A DNA stretch of 64,000 nt from Ostreococcus lucimarinus. Lineage: Eukaryota. Under the pieces are notes generated by a model. The model was given only the letters and a program-made list of their open reading frames with translations, was not told the DNA's origin and did not search any database. Below are positions 49,252 to 57,827 of this stretch, one piece after another. The translations under genes and the position numbers were made by a program. Numbering within the stretch: the first letter of the stretch is position 1; each line of letters begins with the position of its first letter. Location of the stretch: NCBI GenBank assembly GCA_000092065.1, contig CP000589.1; one strand, written 5' to 3'.

Positions 49252-51579
49252 ATGATGAAGACGATCGAGACGACGAAGACGCATCGGCGATCGGCGCGCG
49301 GCGTCGAACGACGGCGCGGGACGACGACGCGCGCGGAAGGACGCGCGGGACGACGACGGCGCGACGATGCGTCGAACGAACGTCGTCGTCGCGGGCTCGG
49401 GGCGATGCGCGCGCGGGACGAAGGACGGAGGGACGAAGCGCGCGGGGACCGGGACGGCGAGCGGCTTCGGGAGAGCGGCGCGGTCGCGTTGGCGATCGCG
49501 TTCGGGTTGGGATTCGCGAGCCCGAGCGCGAGGGCGGTGTGGCCGTTTCGGACGGTGCGAGCGACGACGTCGGAGGTGTCGGAGAGCGAACATCGGTCGG
49601 TGGTGGAGATGTTCGCCGAGGCGTTCGAGGAAGCCGAAGCGGCGGTCGAAGCCGAAGTCGTCGAAGTCGTCGAAGACGTCGTCGCGAAGCGAGACGGCGC
49701 GGCGGTCGGGGCGGTTCTGGTTCCGGCCGCGTGCGTCGTCGCCGTCGCGGCGCTCGCGTGCGTGACGTATGCACAGCGGTACGCGTTAATGTTGTGGGCG
49801 ACGAAGGCGTTGGATCAGTGGGAGGCGAACGATCCAAACTTTCCGAGCAAGCAGCTGCGATGGCAACAACTCTTGGACGAGGAGGTGAGCAAGAGGGAGG
49901 CTTTGAACGAGGAATGGCTCGAGCGATTACAGGCGGAAAAGGCGAAAACCAAAGCGAACGCGGATGAGATGCAACAGCGCATCGAAGAAGAACGCGCGCT
50001 CGCGCTGGACATGCGCGCGAACGCGACGGCTCTGGAAACCGAGTTCAGAGCGCTCATCGACGAACAACGCGCCGCCTCTGGGGCGCGCGAAGAAGAGTTA
50101 CACGGACGCATCGTCGAGGAACAGGCCAAGTTCGCGAGTCTTTCCGCGGAGGCTGGATCTCTCCGCGAGCAAATCAGTTCGCTCGAGGCGCAGTTGACGA
50201 GGAAGTCGGATTCATCAAACGACTTGAAAGAAGAGCTACTCTCGGCGCGACGGGCTGAAGAAGTCGTCAAATCCGAACTCGCCGGCGTGTGTGCGGCGAA
50301 GGATGCGCTCGCGCGACAGCTCGACGAAGTGCGTACGAATCTCACGTGGGAAACTTCGAAGGCGAGCGAGCTCGAGGAACAGCTCAGCGCGCTCAAGTCT
50401 GAGCTCGCCAGCGCTCGCGACGCGAGGGCCGAACTTGAGCGAGAGCTCGAAGGCGCCCGCGCTAACCTCGCCGTTGAGTCGTCGAACGAGCACGAGCTCG
50501 AAGAACAGCTCAGTGCGCTCAAGTCTGAGCTCGCCAGCGCTCGCGACGCGAGGGTCGAACTTGAGCGAGAGCTCGAAGGCGCCCGCGCTAACCTCGCCGT
50601 TGAGTCGTCGAACGAGCACGAGCTCGAAGAACAGCTCAGTGCGCTCAAGTCTGAGCTCGCCAGCGCTCGCGACGCGAGGGTCGAACTTGAGCGAGAGCTC
50701 GACGCCATGCGCGACGGATTTGAAGCACAACTCGAGGCGCAGAAAGGCGCTGGCGCCGATATGAAACTCGAATCAGAGCGTCTCGAGGAACTGGTCGCGA
50801 AATTGAAGAACGAAATCGAGGCGAACAGTGTGCTTCGCGAGCGAATGCAAACCGAAAAGCAAGCGGAAGACTCCTACGTGACGGCCCTCAACGAGGAGAT
50901 TGAGGCTTTGCGCTTGGAGTTGCACGCGGCGCAAGCGCACGCGGCGCAAGCGCTCGGGCAGTACGCTGAACTTGATTCTGCGCTACCAAAGATCATCGAC
51001 GCAGTCGACCGCTTGCGCAGTCTTACGAGCATGGTAAACGAAGATAGCCCGATCGTAGAGCACACGTTCAGCGTCGCCGACGTACCACCACCGCAGCCGA
51101 ACGAGTTCCTCGTCATCGTCGGTTCATGGAATGACTGGGATCTCGCCACGGGCGTCGCGATGTCGTACGACCCCGATGGCAGCTGGAAAGCGCTTGTTGA
51201 GCTTCAGTCTGACATCGTGTACGAGTATAAGGTTTGTGTTTGTTCGGGGTCCGATGAAGAGCGCGTGCCCCAGGCCTGGCAATCCGGCGCAAACTCGGCG
51301 TTTGCGATCGCCTCCTCGTTGATCAACGAACAAGGTTTAGCGCCTAAGGCGACGGTGATGAGTCACTGGGTCGCAGATCCTGCGAACGCGCCAATTATGA
51401 TGTTCGGTCCCGACGGCGAAAAGTTCACGTTGAGCTCCACTCAACTCATGACCGATCTTCCTGCTAACTTAATCACGGACACGCTCGAGGATCTGTCGCA
51501 CGTCATCTCCGAGGTGACGAGGGGAATCGACAACGACATCCTCAATACCAAGCAGCACGCGGCGACGGCTTCGCGTTAA
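49252..51579 (+). CDS. Coiled-coil protein with C-terminal CBM20/CBM48-like starch-binding module (PTST-like)
   Basis: TM 'AVGAVLVPAACVVAVAALACV', ~450 aa coiled coil incl. 3x42-aa repeats, C-terminal 'FLVIVGSWNDWDLATGVAMSYDPDGSWKALVELQSDIVYEYKVCV' CBM-like. The first 300 codons of the 1079-aa ORF are antisense to the OMT gene; start 49252 or 49405. Confidence 0.5.
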   Translation: MMKTIETTKTHRRSARGVERRRGTTTRAEGRAGRRRRDDASNERRRRGLGAMRARDEGRRDEARGDRDGERLRESGAVALAIAFGLGFASPSARAVWPFRTVRATTSEVSESEHRSVVEMFAEAFEEAEAAVEAEVVEVVEDVVAKRDGAAVGAVLVPAACVVAVAALACVTYAQRYALMLWATKALDQWEANDPNFPSKQLRWQQLLDEEVSKREALNEEWLERLQAEKAKTKANADEMQQRIEEERALALDMRANATALETEFRALIDEQRAASGAREEELHGRIVEEQAKFASLSAEAGSLREQISSLEAQLTRKSDSSNDLKEELLSARRAEEVVKSELAGVCAAKDALARQLDEVRTNLTWETSKASELEEQLSALKSELASARDARAELERELEGARANLAVESSNEHELEEQLSALKSELASARDARVELERELEGARANLAVESSNEHELEEQLSALKSELASARDARVELERELDAMRDGFEAQLEAQKGAGADMKLESERLEELVAKLKNEIEANSVLRERMQTEKQAEDSYVTALNEEIEALRLELHAAQAHAAQALGQYAELDSALPKIIDAVDRLRSLTSMVNEDSPIVEHTFSVADVPPPQPNEFLVIVGSWNDWDLATGVAMSYDPDGSWKALVELQSDIVYEYKVCVCSGSDEERVPQAWQSGANSAFAIASSLINEQGLAPKATVMSHWVADPANAPIMMFGPDGEKFTLSSTQLMTDLPANLITDTLEDLSHVISEVTRGIDNDILNTKQHAATASR
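50362..50706 (+). repeat. 126-bp tandem repeat x~2.7 inside PTST-like CDS (42-aa units)
   Basis: 'gagcacgagctcgaagaacagctcagtgcgctcaagtctgagctcgccagcgctcgcgacgcgagggtcgaacttgagcgagagctcgaaggcgcccgcgctaacctcgccgttgagtcgtcgaac' copies at 50362, 50488, 50614; copies 2 and 3 identical. Confidence 0.9.
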
Positions 51580-51631
51580 ACGAGTACTACTATCACATGT
51601 AATCATACTTCAAGCATGCTATGAATATTGT

Positions 51632-53599
51632 CTATAGGCCGATCCAGTACGATCGCCCATTCGGGTTGTGTATGTGCCCTTGAACCGGTTTCGCAATCGT
51701 CCATTCGTACCACATTTTGTGCGCGTCGACGCGGCGCCAAATATAAAATTCAATCTTCGTCGGCGAAGCGCCGCGTCTATCGATGTACACTGGCGTTTGA
51801 ATGGGAAAGAACATTGGAAACCACGAAAACATGAGCTCGCCCGTCGGACCTAAAGTGTGGTTATGAGGATGGATGCTACAGCGCACGCATCCGGCAGGTC
51901 CGTCGTACAGCGTCGCGTCAAAGTACGCGGCGAAACCGTGAAGCGTGCTCGAGGCTGATCCAAGTTCTTCACTCGACCACTCGACGCGCGCGTAACGCTC
52001 GTTGTCGATTCGCGCGGCGTTGTTCGGGTGCTCGAACTCCCACACGCTCTTCGGTTCCGCGATGTGATGCACTCTGTGAAACTTGACCACGTACGGTGTT
52101 TCGATGGATTTCAAATCCTTGTACGAGACGACGGCGTCGTGCAATTTTGCCGCAGCGATGGGCGCGACGAAAGATTCGTACGACTGCGGCACGCTCACGC
52201 CCGTTGGTTTGAGAAATCGCTGCGCGCCGTCCAAACACTCTGGGCTCAACTCGTTGTCTCCGAAACTCCCGAGCAATTCGCTCACCAAAACGTCGACTCG
52301 AACATCCGCGGCGCACGTGCGCATATCTCCCGGGAAAATTTGTACTCTATCACCCCAACCCTCTTTCGCGACGAGGTGCTGCAGCGTGACGACCGCGTTT
52401 GGATTCTTCTCCACGGCGCACACTTTGATGTTCCTATTGGCGCGTTCGGACGCACGCAATGACGCGCGAACCAGCGGTCCGCGACCTGCGCCGACGACCA
52501 TCACAGAGCCCTCGTCGCCCTCTGGCACGAGATCAAGAAGCGCGCACCGCACGGCTTCTTCGTATTGAATATACTTGCTCGCATCCTTTTCGAACGTTTC
52601 GTACGTCACGCTCTCCAGATTATCCATCAACGGCTGCAAGGGCGCTTGTAAATAATCCCTGTAAGGCGCTTCCGCCAACGCCTGTTCGCTCGCGGGCTCG
52701 ACGCCGCGAAAGAGGTAGACGAGATACTCCCAATACAGCCGCATTGGATGCGCAGAGTCGACGCCCACGCGCCCTTCGTCCCCGGCCACATCTCCGGGCG
52801 CGATGGTCTCGCGCGCGCACCCATCGGGCGCGCCGTTCCAGTCCGTCAACATGATTTGAATATTCCTGCGAAACATGTCGCGAACCATCGCTTGCGCCTC
52901 CTTCGGCAGCACCGGAAACCCCCGCGCGTTCTTCACGAACGCTCGAACGCTCAGCGCACACGCGCCCACGCGCTCACCGATCCATCTTTCCCACCATTCG
53001 CGTCCGATCGGCGCCGCCACGACGTGAAGCAACGCGTACACATTCGACCTTCTTCCGCACGCCTCGTCCGTCGTTCGCCATCGCGCGTGCGCGTCCTCGT
53101 CCGTCGCCGCGTCCCCGCTCGCCCCGAGCACCCTCACCCACACCTTCGTGTGCGTCAGCGCATCAATATTCATCAAAATCACCCGCGCCACGCGCACGTC
53201 CCCCCCTTCGCCCTCGTTCGACGTCGCATCGACGATCGCCGCGTGCGCGCCGACGTGTCCCGCCCACCGAAGCTCGCGCGCGAGCGCCCTCTCGTTCCCA
53301 TTCATTCGCAACTCCCGAAGCGCCGCCGCGGACGTTCGCATCACGACGCGCGTGGACCACTCCTGCGAGTTCAACTCTTCGTCCGAGCGCGCGAACGGCG
53401 TTCGAGGGTACATCTCCGACGCGCACTCGTCGTCGATCGTCGCGAATTCATCGCGCGCGGTGACTGGAATCGACACGAAATCGAACCCTCCGCGCGTCGC
53501 CGCGTCCACGCTCGTCCCGACGCGCGCGCGCGCGTCCGCGGTGCGCTCGCATCCGACGAATCGCGCGTCGCCGAGGTCGTCGCGCGCGCCGAGCGTCAT
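51632..53599 (-). CDS. PRMT5: Protein arginine N-methyltransferase 5 (PRMT5/Skb1)
   Basis: 'VMVVGAGRGPLV', 'SELLGSFGDNELSPECLDG', TIM-barrel N-term 'GGFDFVSIPV'; N-terminus 'MTLGARDD' aligns with plant PRMT5 'MPLGERGG' (ATG 53599). Confidence 0.85.
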   Translation of the reverse strand: MTLGARDDLGDARFVGCERTADARARVGTSVDAATRGGFDFVSIPVTARDEFATIDDECASEMYPRTPFARSDEELNSQEWSTRVVMRTSAAALRELRMNGNERALARELRWAGHVGAHAAIVDATSNEGEGGDVRVARVILMNIDALTHTKVWVRVLGASGDAATDEDAHARWRTTDEACGRRSNVYALLHVVAAPIGREWWERWIGERVGACALSVRAFVKNARGFPVLPKEAQAMVRDMFRRNIQIMLTDWNGAPDGCARETIAPGDVAGDEGRVGVDSAHPMRLYWEYLVYLFRGVEPASEQALAEAPYRDYLQAPLQPLMDNLESVTYETFEKDASKYIQYEEAVRCALLDLVPEGDEGSVMVVGAGRGPLVRASLRASERANRNIKVCAVEKNPNAVVTLQHLVAKEGWGDRVQIFPGDMRTCAADVRVDVLVSELLGSFGDNELSPECLDGAQRFLKPTGVSVPQSYESFVAPIAAAKLHDAVVSYKDLKSIETPYVVKFHRVHHIAEPKSVWEFEHPNNAARIDNERYARVEWSSEELGSASSTLHGFAAYFDATLYDGPAGCVRCSIHPHNHTLGPTGELMFSWFPMFFPIQTPVYIDRRGASPTKIEFYIWRRVDAHKMWYEWTIAKPVQGHIHNPNGRSYWIGL

Positions 53600-53651
53600 C
53601 GACGCGTCGTTTTGTGTCGACCGAGCGGTGCGGTCGTTACTCCGCGACGCC

Positions 53652-54818
53652 ATGTCGACGCGCCGCGCCGCGATCGCCGCGCCCGCGCGCGCGCCGCGCG
53701 CCTCGGGACGACGCGGGCGATCCGCGCGCGTCGCCGCGGCGCCCGCGGAGGACGCCGCGGCGATGGTGCGATTGACGACGGCGCTGCGAAGGATCGACGA
53801 CGCGAAGTCGCGCGACGGTGGCGGCGCGTGGCGCGTCTGCGAAGCCACGGGCGCGCGCGTGCGCGCGCCGAGGGCGAAGACGCCGTGGGGATGCGTGCAC
53901 TTCGTCGGCGGCGCGGTGCTGGGAAGCTTTCCGGACGTCGCGTACGACGCGTGGCTCTCGGCGTGCGCGGACGACGTCGGGCTCGTCGTCGTGGCGACGC
54001 CGTACGAGTTGGATTTGGATCACGAAAAGTGCGCGATGGCGGTGAAGAAGACGTACGATGAGGCGAGAAGGCTGGCGTGCGCGAAGGAAGGGATGGACGC
54101 GTCGCGCGCGCCGACGTTTCGAGTGGGGCACTCGTTGGGATGTAAGCTGTTGTGTCTCGTCGCGAGCGCGGAGGACGCGAACGAACGCGAAGGGAACGGA
54201 GAGGCGGGGGATGGGACGATCGATATGGACGTCGACGCGACGAGTGGAACGGCGGTAGCGGTGAGCGGGACGACGAGGGGGGGAGTTGGGAACGTGGCGG
54301 GTCATTTTCTCGTCGCGTTTAATAACGCCGACGCGACTGATTCGGTTAAGCTCGTGGAAAAGTTTGCGCGAGAGTTGCTGAAGAAACGCGCCGGTGCCGC
54401 GAGCGGAGCGTCGGAGGAGTTTTTCAAGACGCTTCCGAATCTCGCGGCGTTCGCCGAGCGCGCGGCCAAGGCGGCGGGGTTGGAATTTAAGCCGACGCCC
54501 GCGCAGACGCTCGAGCGATGTCGAACGCGCTTCGCGTCGAAACGCGTTCGGTTGATCAAATTTAAGGATGATGATTTAGACCAAAACGACGAGCTTTTGG
54601 AAGTTTTGCGAGAACGCATGAAAGTCTATCCCGGGCGCGTGGACGCGCGTGAGCTGGACTTCGGTAATCATCTGACGCCCGTGTACTTTAGCACGGACGG
54701 GTTGAAGCTCACCCCAGCGCTGGAGAAGCTCGTCGGTCAATTCGCGCTCGGCGATGCGGAGGGTGTGCGTAAGCTCTCCGCAGAGTTCGCCGCGTTCATC
54801 CGCGACGCGTCATCGTGA
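53652..54818 (+). CDS. DUF1350-family alpha/beta-hydrolase-like protein (plastid-type)
   Basis: 'PWGCVHFVGGAVLGSFP', GxSxG 'VGHSLGCKLL'; transit-peptide-like N-term. ATG 53652, 52 bp from the PRMT5 start on the other strand. Confidence 0.6.
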   Translation: MSTRRAAIAAPARAPRASGRRGRSARVAAAPAEDAAAMVRLTTALRRIDDAKSRDGGGAWRVCEATGARVRAPRAKTPWGCVHFVGGAVLGSFPDVAYDAWLSACADDVGLVVVATPYELDLDHEKCAMAVKKTYDEARRLACAKEGMDASRAPTFRVGHSLGCKLLCLVASAEDANEREGNGEAGDGTIDMDVDATSGTAVAVSGTTRGGVGNVAGHFLVAFNNADATDSVKLVEKFARELLKKRAGAASGASEEFFKTLPNLAAFAERAAKAAGLEFKPTPAQTLERCRTRFASKRVRLIKFKDDDLDQNDELLEVLRERMKVYPGRVDARELDFGNHLTPVYFSTDGLKLTPALEKLVGQFALGDAEGVRKLSAEFAAFIRDASS

Positions 54819-54903
54819 AAGAATATACATGAATGTCGAATCAAATGAATTTAGCTAGGCATCGCCGCTCGCGATGGCGTGTACAATATCATACATTTCC
54901 AAT

Positions 54904-57369
54904 TTATTCGTCGTCGGCGTCGTCGTTGGCGTCGTGAATTTGCGCATCTATCGTCGTTCCGTTCGACGGAAGCTCACTCACGAACGATATGAGATCGCTC
55001 CTCATGGCGTTGATGAGTAAGGGATCGGTCGTGGTCGTCGATGCATCCACGCGCCAGTGGTCGGGCGTCTCGCCCGTCATGGCGGCGATCCGGTCGGCGG
55101 TGTCACACCGCGTGTCCTTGACGTACGAAAACAGGTCTCGCAGTTCGGCTTGCGTGAACGTGCTGGAGCTCGATCCGGCGGAGTTGTTGTTACCAGAAGT
55201 TGATTTGAATCCGAGCGTTCGCGCGAGCGCGCCTTTGAGCTCTTGGCGCTGAAACATGCGCTCCTCGATCGTTCCCGTGCTCAGCAAGCGATAGATGGAA
55301 CACGGTTTCGTTTGACCTTCTCGCCACACGCGCGCCTGGGCTTGCAAATCGTGTGCGGGATTCCACGACGAGTCGACTAGTACCAATCTGTTCGCTCCGA
55401 CCAGATTAAGCCCGACACCTCCAGCTTTCGTGGAGAGCAACAAAATCTTGCCAGAATTATTGAACGTGCGAACAATGGACGTGCGCTCTTTCGGCGGCGT
55501 GGAACCTTGTAATCTATCATACTTCAGGTGCTCGCTCTCGCAAAGCTTGGCGATGAGGTCTAACGTCGTGGTGAAGCCAGAGACGACGACGATGCGTTCA
55601 TCGTTGGCGAGCGCCCGGAACATGGCGCGCAACACGGCGAGTTTGCTCGACGAAGCCACCGGATCGCTCACCTCAGTCGCGAGCGCCGCCGCGTTGCAGA
55701 GCTTTTGCAGCGTCTGAATCGCCTGAAGCGGCGAGATGGATTCCGCATCTTGCGTCTTGCCGATTCGCCCGAGCATCGAAAGCATCGACTTTTGCTTGAG
55801 TTGGTCGACGTACAAGCCTTTCTGCACTTCAGAAAGTCGAACGAAGACGACGTACTCGGTCTTTGGCGGCAGCAGCGACGCGTTGATCTCATCCGCTTTT
55901 CTCGAGTGAATGAAAGGGCCGATCAAACGACCGACCTCTTCGCGACGTGCGTTACCGATTCGCACAACTTCTTCCTTGGCCCCACGCTCGCTCGCTTTCT
56001 CGATCGGCCCGGAATAAATTTTGCGAAACGAATCGAGGTCTCCCAGCAAGCCGGGCGCCGCGAAGTCCATCACACCCCACAACTCGTCCAAGTTATTCTG
56101 AATCGGCGTGCCCGTCAGAAGCACCCTGCGATGACACTTGAGCGACGCGAGCGCTTGCGCGCCTTTCGTGGACTGCGTCGCGTTCTTCAGGCGATGCGCC
56201 TCGTCGCACACGAGCAAGTCGACGTTCGCCCTCGCGACGACGTCCGCCTGCGCTCTCAAGGTTTCGTACGATGTAATCAACACGTTGTATCTGCGCTGCG
56301 ATGGAAGCGCGAATTCCTCGAAACTCTTTCTCGCCTCCTTATCACCGCCTTCCACGACTTTTGGATCGCAGCGTTCCTCGCCGAGCCACTTGCGAAACTC
56401 CAAGGCCCAGTTCCCCGTGAGCGACGCCGGCACGCACACGACGACGCGTCGACACGTCGGTTGGCCGCGCTTGAACGGTGACTGCTTGAGTAAAGTCCAC
56501 ACGAGCGCGATGACTTGCAACGTTTTACCAAGACCCATTTCGTGCGCCAACAAGCACCCGGTGTGCGCCCTGTTCGTGTGCACGCTCGTTCGCAGTCCCA
56601 TGACGGCTTCGTACATGAACTGCACGCCGTCGCGTTGATGCGGGCGGAGAAACCTCGATATGAACGGATCGCACACCACCGCACACGCCGTGCGATAATC
56701 TCTGCGATGGAAATCAGTGTCGAGCGTCGACAACACGAGCGCCCCGTCCGCGACGTCGCTGTGCAACGGCGCCTCCGGCGCGAACGTCTTCTTCGCCTCC
56801 GACGTCGTCGCCGATCCGACGGCGCCGCCGATCCCGCGCACCGGCGCCACGAACGATTTCACTTTCTGCTCGTTCGCGACGACCACCTTCTCCGGCGCCA
56901 CCGCCGCGCCGCCGCGCGAGAACGCCGCGCCCGAGTCCACGTCCTCCGCGCGCACCGCCTCGCCGATTTCCACCTCGTACTGTCCGATTTCGCACGTCGT
57001 CCCCTCCACGATCGTCCCCGCGCACCCTCTCGCCACCCGTTTCCCTCGCATATCGCACAGCTCCGCCCGCTCGCGCGCGCCTCGCGCGATCACCACGCCG
57101 TCCACGAACGTCTTCGCCGACCTTTGCTTCCCGCCGCCGCCCGCCTTGCGCTTCGCGTACAGCGCCGAGAAGCATCGCCGCGCCGCATCGTCCCGGGCGG
57201 TCGCCCGCCCGCGCCCGGCGACTTTCACCGAGCGCCGCGCGTACGGAGGCGCGCGCGTCGCGCCGTTCGCGCCGTTCGCGCCCACGTACGGCGACACGAA
57301 CGCGCGATTCGCGTTCGCCATTCGAGGCACCGACCCGTGGGCATCGTCGTTCGCGCCTCGCGTCGTCAT
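54904..57369 (-). CDS. RAD54: RAD54-like SNF2-family DNA-dependent ATPase
   Basis: 'LRPHQRDGVQFMYEAV', 'GCLLAHEMGLGKTLQVIALVWTLL', 'LLVCDEAHRLKN', 'LLTGTPIQNNLDELW', 'RLVLVDSSWNPAHDLQAQARVWREGQTKPCSIYRLLSTGTIEE'. ATG 57369 (alt 57321); upstream ORF part is Arg-rich. Confidence 0.85.
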   Translation of the reverse strand: MTTRGANDDAHGSVPRMANANRAFVSPYVGANGANGATRAPPYARRSVKVAGRGRATARDDAARRCFSALYAKRKAGGGGKQRSAKTFVDGVVIARGARERAELCDMRGKRVARGCAGTIVEGTTCEIGQYEVEIGEAVRAEDVDSGAAFSRGGAAVAPEKVVVANEQKVKSFVAPVRGIGGAVGSATTSEAKKTFAPEAPLHSDVADGALVLSTLDTDFHRRDYRTACAVVCDPFISRFLRPHQRDGVQFMYEAVMGLRTSVHTNRAHTGCLLAHEMGLGKTLQVIALVWTLLKQSPFKRGQPTCRRVVVCVPASLTGNWALEFRKWLGEERCDPKVVEGGDKEARKSFEEFALPSQRRYNVLITSYETLRAQADVVARANVDLLVCDEAHRLKNATQSTKGAQALASLKCHRRVLLTGTPIQNNLDELWGVMDFAAPGLLGDLDSFRKIYSGPIEKASERGAKEEVVRIGNARREEVGRLIGPFIHSRKADEINASLLPPKTEYVVFVRLSEVQKGLYVDQLKQKSMLSMLGRIGKTQDAESISPLQAIQTLQKLCNAAALATEVSDPVASSSKLAVLRAMFRALANDERIVVVSGFTTTLDLIAKLCESEHLKYDRLQGSTPPKERTSIVRTFNNSGKILLLSTKAGGVGLNLVGANRLVLVDSSWNPAHDLQAQARVWREGQTKPCSIYRLLSTGTIEERMFQRQELKGALARTLGFKSTSGNNNSAGSSSSTFTQAELRDLFSYVKDTRCDTADRIAAMTGETPDHWRVDASTTTTDPLLINAMRSDLISFVSELPSNGTTIDAQIHDANDDADDE

Positions 57370-57827
57370 CGTCGTCGTCGCGCGTCGTCGTCGCGGGCGT
57401 CGCGTCGCGTCGCGTCGCGATTCGTCGTCGTCGTCGACGACCGTCGCCCGTCGCGCGTCGCGCGCGTCGCGACGTGCGACGCGCGATCGCGTCGTCCGAG
57501 ACGTCCGAGACGCCGAGACGCCGCGCCGGCGATTTGAATCGATCGTCCGCGGTCGCGGTCGCGGGTCGGTATGGGTTTTTTTGTGGGCGAAACACCCGGG
57601 TGTGCGAATATCGATGAGCGCCGCGCGCGAGTGTGATTTCGACTCAACACTAATGCGGCGAACGTCGCAAGACGGCGCGCACACGACGGCGCGGGACGCG
57701 GGACGCGCGGCGACGCGGGACGCGACGCGCGCGGAAGGCGCGGTCGACGCGACGCGCGCGGTCGACGCTCGGACGCGGGACGCGCGGGACGACGGACGGC
57801 GCGACGGCGGACGCGAGGGCGAACACC

